From: an uncultured delta proteobacterium
GTDB lineage: Bacteria; Myxococcota; Kuafuiibacteriia; Kuafuiibacteriales; Kuafuiibacteriaceae
Assembly (NCBI GenBank): GCA_963803435.1
Contig: CAWDML010000001.1
Location: forward strand, 1,920,001 to 1,984,000
Reading direction: 5' to 3'
Length of the DNA stretch: 64,000 bases
Part shown: piece by piece, positions 58,517 to 64,000 of the stretch
Position numbering within the stretch: position 1 is the stretch's first letter
How the letters are laid out: every line of letters starts with the position of its first letter
Notes under the pieces: generated by a model
The model's database searches: none
What the model was told of the DNA's origin: nothing
Seen by the model: only the letters and a program-made list of their open reading frames with translations
Made by a program: the position numbers and the translations under genes

Positions 58517-59911
58517 ATGACCAGTGTTCATATCAATCCACAGATCGGTCGCGTCGACACCGGCGCGAGGAACATCGGCGATCTCAACCAAGCGCTCGAG
58601 AAGCTCGAGGCACAGGCGCGTGATCAACCGTTCGTGCGCGCGCTCCCTGCGGACGCGAAGGAGATCGGTCAGGTCGCGTTGTGGATGGGAATCGATGCGT
58701 CGAACAACGTTCTGCTCGTCGAGAACAAGGGCAAGCTCCAGCTCTGGGAGCAGGACTTCGGACCTCGGATGGGCGGGCGCCCGGGCTTCGGATCGCAGTA
58801 TCGCCGGATCGCGGATCTCGGCCGGGCGTTGACGACCGACGGGCAGTTCGATGACCGCGCCAAGGCGTTCGAGTACCTGGCGATGGAGGGCCAGCTGAAT
58901 CCGGGCCGCGATCGCTGGGAGATCGCGATGACGGCGGACGGGCAGCTCTACGTCGAGAAGCCGCGCGTCGACGCACGGCACACGATCCTCGCGGTCCTCC
59001 CGCCCCAGGCGGTCGGGAACGGCGTCGACATCGGGACCGCTCTCCCGGCGCCGACCGGTACAGCCGGCGCGGGCGGCGTCGCCCTGGTCAAGCCCGAGCG
59101 CGTCGACGACGGAGGCGTCGCCACGCTGCGCGTCCAGCTCCAGCACGAGCTCACCGCGCAAGGAAGCGGCCGCCCGGCCGGCCTGTGGGGCAAGCTCCCG
59201 GGCGACCTGATCATTCAGGGCGCGGACGGAACCGAGCACCGGACGAGGGAGATCTATCTGGGACAGGCGCGCGAAACGCTGGGCGGCGAGGGTGCGTACG
59301 TGCGTCTCAACGGCGTCGTCGCCAATGTCCACACGCCTCCCGGTCCGACGTCACCGAATGGGACCGACTACGCGATCCTCGAGGGCATCTCGAACTTGAC
59401 CGCGCATCAGCCCGAGCAGCGTCGCGGCGCGAACGGCGAGATCCAGTTCTTCAGCAGCGTCTCGGGGCAGCGGATCGACGTTCTCAACTTCATGGAGCGA
59501 TTCATCCCCGATCTGCCCAGCAGTGACCTGGCGATCGACTGGGGACAGAAGGGCCGAGGGCGCTCCAAGCAGATCGGTACCGCCTTCCTGGGCTCGGAGG
59601 GAGGCTTCTTCCGGGGCGCTCCGTTCCACGGCTTCAGCGCGTCGCTCAAGATCATGAGGCCGGAGCGGAGCGACGTCCTGGCGCTGAAGCGCGAAGGCAA
59701 CGAGTGGGTGGACTCGACGACCGGGGAGAAGCTCCGTCGCACGGGCGAGGACCTGCCCGATCGCATGGGCTTCTCGTGGTACTTCAACCCGGCGAACTCC
59801 AAGGTCTACGGCTTCACCGGCGGCGGCATCGCCGACCTGCGAAACAAGGTCGCGGCGGTGATCGATCTGCATCCGGGCCACGCCGGGCCGTTCGATCCGC
59901 TGCACGGGTGA
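58517..59911 (+). CDS. Hypothetical protein without signal peptide
   Basis: 464-aa ORF, strong RBS, GC3-rich codons; no family recognised. Confidence 0.8.
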   Translation: MTSVHINPQIGRVDTGARNIGDLNQALEKLEAQARDQPFVRALPADAKEIGQVALWMGIDASNNVLLVENKGKLQLWEQDFGPRMGGRPGFGSQYRRIADLGRALTTDGQFDDRAKAFEYLAMEGQLNPGRDRWEIAMTADGQLYVEKPRVDARHTILAVLPPQAVGNGVDIGTALPAPTGTAGAGGVALVKPERVDDGGVATLRVQLQHELTAQGSGRPAGLWGKLPGDLIIQGADGTEHRTREIYLGQARETLGGEGAYVRLNGVVANVHTPPGPTSPNGTDYAILEGISNLTAHQPEQRRGANGEIQFFSSVSGQRIDVLNFMERFIPDLPSSDLAIDWGQKGRGRSKQIGTAFLGSEGGFFRGAPFHGFSASLKIMRPERSDVLALKREGNEWVDSTTGEKLRRTGEDLPDRMGFSWYFNPANSKVYGFTGGGIADLRNKVAAVIDLHPGHAGPFDPLHG

Positions 59912-59929
59912 CGACTCGACCCGGGAGCG

Positions 59930-61402
59930 TCAAGGCTGATCGAAGATGCCGCGGATCCGATCCGCGTCGGGCGCCTCCGGAAAGAGGTCGAGATACCGGC
60001 GATAGTGCTCCTTGGCCTCCGGGATCCGTCCGCTGCTGAGGTAGGCATCCGCGAGCCGGCGGTGCGCGTCGGCGAATCCGTCCTCCAGCTCGACGGCCCG
60101 CGAGAGGGCGACGATCGCCACCTCGTAGCGCCCCTCCTTGAGCGCCTGATCTCCGAATCGATACGCCTGGCGCGCGTCGGTGATCGGCTCGACCAGCGGA
60201 GTGGCGTGCGCGAAGTGCCGCTTGAGCTGAACCCCACCGACGAAGGAGAGCGGCAGCGCGATGACCGCCGCCACCACGAACGCCACCCAGAGAAAGCGCG
60301 GCGTGGTCGGGAAGGACGAGGGCAACGTCTCGTGCACCTCGTAGGGCTCCGGCGGCGCTTGCGGTTGCTGCGCCGGATCGAGCGTGTCGGAGAGAACGCG
60401 CGACAGGAGCTGCGAGCCCAGGCGAACGGTGTCGGTCGGGCCGCGCACGAGGGGCGGTGACGGCACCGCCTCGACGGTCTCCATCATCTCATCGCCGCTC
60501 GCCGTGCGAATGTCCGCCACCCACCGCCGCAGCTCCACCGGCGACGGTCGTGCCGTCGGTTCGGGCGCGATCATCGCCTCCACCAGATCGATCAGCGATG
60601 CGTCCTCAGGCTTGGTGGCCAGGTCGTCGGGCCACTCGATCCGGCGGGGATCGTCGGGTGCGCGCTCACCGGTCAGCATCTCGAAGAGGATGATCCCGAG
60701 CGCATAGATGTCGGAGCGGATGTCGAAGTCCTCGCCGTAGATCCGTTCGGGCGACATGTACTGCGGCGTGCCGACGACGTGGTTGGTCTTGGTGAGTCGC
60801 GTGAGGTCGTCGGCGCGCGCGAGACCGAAGTCCATCAGTACGGCGCTGCCGTCGCGCCGGATCATCACGTTGCCCGGCTTCAGATCGCGGTGCACGATCC
60901 CGTGCTGATCCAGGTGGAGCAGCGCCTCGATCATCTCGCCGCCGATGGTGAGGACCTCCGGGACACGCATCCGACCTCGCGCGCGCAGGTGCTCACCTAG
61001 TGATTTCCCGTCGAGACGCTCCATCACCAGAAACGCCAGCTCGTATCCCAGCGGATGCGCCGCGATTCCGTGGCTGTGCAGGCGGACCACGTTCGGGTGC
61101 TGGAGGCGCTCGAGCGTCGCCACCTCCTGCATGAAGCGGCGCATCGCGTGGCTCCCGGGGGCTTCCAGCCACTTCTTCTCGATCGTCTTGACCGCGTAAG
61201 GCCTGCCATCGGGGCCGCGCGCGTCGTACACGAGCGCCATACCGCCCCGTCCCAGCATTCCGACGACGTCATACTCGCCGATTCGCTGCACCTGGCCGGT
61301 ATCGGAGATCGCGATGGGCACCGCATCGGGGAGCGTAGCGTCGAGGCGCCCGAGCCGGGTGGCACCGTCATCCTGGGGAGACCGCTCGACCACCCGCCTC
61401 AC
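59930..61402 (-). CDS. Ser/Thr kinase with TM and C-terminal TPR
   Basis: LGRGGMA, AVK, HRDLKPGN, DFG and GTPQYMSPE; start approximate. Confidence 0.92.
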   Translation of the reverse strand: MRRVVERSPQDDGATRLGRLDATLPDAVPIAISDTGQVQRIGEYDVVGMLGRGGMALVYDARGPDGRPYAVKTIEKKWLEAPGSHAMRRFMQEVATLERLQHPNVVRLHSHGIAAHPLGYELAFLVMERLDGKSLGEHLRARGRMRVPEVLTIGGEMIEALLHLDQHGIVHRDLKPGNVMIRRDGSAVLMDFGLARADDLTRLTKTNHVVGTPQYMSPERIYGEDFDIRSDIYALGIILFEMLTGERAPDDPRRIEWPDDLATKPEDASLIDLVEAMIAPEPTARPSPVELRRWVADIRTASGDEMMETVEAVPSPPLVRGPTDTVRLGSQLLSRVLSDTLDPAQQPQAPPEPYEVHETLPSSFPTTPRFLWVAFVVAAVIALPLSFVGGVQLKRHFAHATPLVEPITDARQAYRFGDQALKEGRYEVAIVALSRAVELEDGFADAHRRLADAYLSSGRIPEAKEHYRRYLDLFPEAPDADRIRGIFDQP

Positions 61403-61439
61403 ATTACGGTCTGTAGTATGCTCGCGTCGAGGACACGCC

Positions 61440-62921
61440 CTGAGAACCTCGTCGATCCTCTGGGTGGTGCTGGCCGGCTGCACGCTGGACAAGCCCTTCT
61501 CGCCGGATGACTTTCCGTGCTCCGGTGGAGGTCCCTGCACCCCCGACACCGGCCTCTTCCGGGACGCGCAGCCCGACGCTGGGCCTCCGCCCGATACCGG
61601 CTTCCCCGATGCGGAGCCGAGGGACGCCCAGCCGATGGATGCCCAGCCCATCGACGCCGAGCCGGTCGTCGACTGTCTCGGCGTGGTACCGCTCGCCAAC
61701 AACGGTCTCGGCCAGGGCAACACGACGAACCAGCCGGCGATCTACGAGGGCGGGTGCTTCACGGACGGCGCGCGCGAGGTCGTCTTCGGGATGACGCTGC
61801 CGGGTCGAGCCCGGTCGCTCACCATCAACGCCAACAATCCCAACGCCACGTTCGATCCGGCGCTCCACGTCTATCGGGACGCCTGCCTGCCGCAGGATCG
61901 CGTCGGGTGTGCGGGCACCGACGTCGACGGATACTTCGCGGAGCTCACGCTCGAGCAGGTGGAGGGCGGCAACTACGCGATCGTCGTCGACGGCGACGAG
62001 CCCGGCACCTCCGGTTCGTTCGTGCTGTCGGTCCATGGCGTGATCGCGGCCGGTGAGGCTTGCGATCCCTCCCAAACGTTCCTCACCTGTCAGGTCGGAC
62101 CGTGCACGATGACGGGCACCACCGGCTACGCCTGTCCGCCGCTCAAGGACTGTCCCGACGGCATCGATGCGGACGACGACGGCATGCTGGACGAGGATAC
62201 CTGCGACAATCCGCCCGTCGTCGCGTGCAACGGACCGACCACGGCGGTGCCGGGCACGGGCGTTCTCTTGTCCGCGACGGCCACCGACGACGGCGGGATC
62301 ACGTCCCGAGAGTGGACGATCCTCGAGCGACCGTTCGGATCGCGCGCCGCCGCGATCGCAAATTCCGACAACCTGTTCTTCACCACCGACCTGTTCGGTG
62401 CGTACCGCGCGCGCTATGTCGCGTACGATGCCGAGTACCAGACCGGCGCCTGCGAGGAGGCAGTCTCGGCCACGACGGCGGCCGACCTCTACGCCGAGGT
62501 CTTCTGGCTCGACGAACCGTACGACAACTACGATCTCGACCTCGTCATGATCCACCCGATGTCCCCCGATTGGTCCGACCTCGACCTCGCCTGCACGTAC
62601 AACAACGAATGTGCCGTGACCTGGGGCGCGCAATGGAGCGGCGATGCCCCCGCCTCCCTCACCGCCGCCGAGTCGATCCGCCTCGACGTGGGCGAGACCG
62701 TCGGCGCCTACGGGATCGGCGTCGGCGACTATCTCGAGGCCCCGCGCCAAATCTACGTGAACGTCTACTGCGGAGGCACCCTGAGGCAGACCTTCGGGCC
62801 GATGCTCCTCACCGAGGGGAGCTTCTGGAAGGTCGCCGACGTCTCCCTCCAAACGGATGGGTGCTCGCTCACGCCGCTCAACGTCATCGTCCCCCAGTCG
62901 CAGGCCGACGTGATCAGGTAG
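61440..62921 (+). CDS. Cys-containing multidomain lipoprotein (PPC-like and PKD-like regions)
   Basis: VLAGC lipobox; FDPALHVY, YAIVVDG, ATDDGGI..W and DLDL units; start codon unclear. Confidence 0.7.
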   Translation: MRTSSILWVVLAGCTLDKPFSPDDFPCSGGGPCTPDTGLFRDAQPDAGPPPDTGFPDAEPRDAQPMDAQPIDAEPVVDCLGVVPLANNGLGQGNTTNQPAIYEGGCFTDGAREVVFGMTLPGRARSLTINANNPNATFDPALHVYRDACLPQDRVGCAGTDVDGYFAELTLEQVEGGNYAIVVDGDEPGTSGSFVLSVHGVIAAGEACDPSQTFLTCQVGPCTMTGTTGYACPPLKDCPDGIDADDDGMLDEDTCDNPPVVACNGPTTAVPGTGVLLSATATDDGGITSREWTILERPFGSRAAAIANSDNLFFTTDLFGAYRARYVAYDAEYQTGACEEAVSATTAADLYAEVFWLDEPYDNYDLDLVMIHPMSPDWSDLDLACTYNNECAVTWGAQWSGDAPASLTAAESIRLDVGETVGAYGIGVGDYLEAPRQIYVNVYCGGTLRQTFGPMLLTEGSFWKVADVSLQTDGCSLTPLNVIVPQSQADVIR

Positions 62922-62990
62922 GGACTCTAGGCCACAATGTCGGGTGCTGTATTCGTTGGGCAACAGACCTCGAATGGGTAGACTCGAAGC

Positions 62991-64000
<1,010 letters not shown>

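Overview
High-GC window with a Myxococcota-like gene repertoire (inferred from Cys-rich lipoproteins, ECF sigmas paired with Ser/Thr kinases and a myxococcal-type PilZ protein). It holds about 55 genes: housekeeping genes (pyk, rpoZ, a PPIase/surA triplet, NFACT/RqcH-like, three Hsp20), three ECF-type sigma modules, three Ser/Thr kinases, many secreted lipoproteins and a glycosylation cassette. I saw no rRNA, tRNA or CRISPR array. At least six single-base frameshifts look like consensus errors. Most notable: (1) an orphan gene of probably ~1330 aa (38100-42094) joining a divergent CCA/poly(A)-type nucleotidyltransferase, a nucleoside-phosphorylase domain and a second Pol-beta nucleotidyltransferase, behind a sigma28-like promoter that recurs at a second effector-like orphan; (2) a stand-alone secreted peptide with a conotoxin-like knottin cysteine framework; (3) a ~450-bp non-coding island with 28 GATC sites upstream of a histone-like gene; (4) a mobile-element graveyard with an IS5 fragment, a related 137-bp MITE and a possible IS110 remnant with a bridge-RNA-like structure. 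All calls come from reading motifs by eye; no database searches were run.
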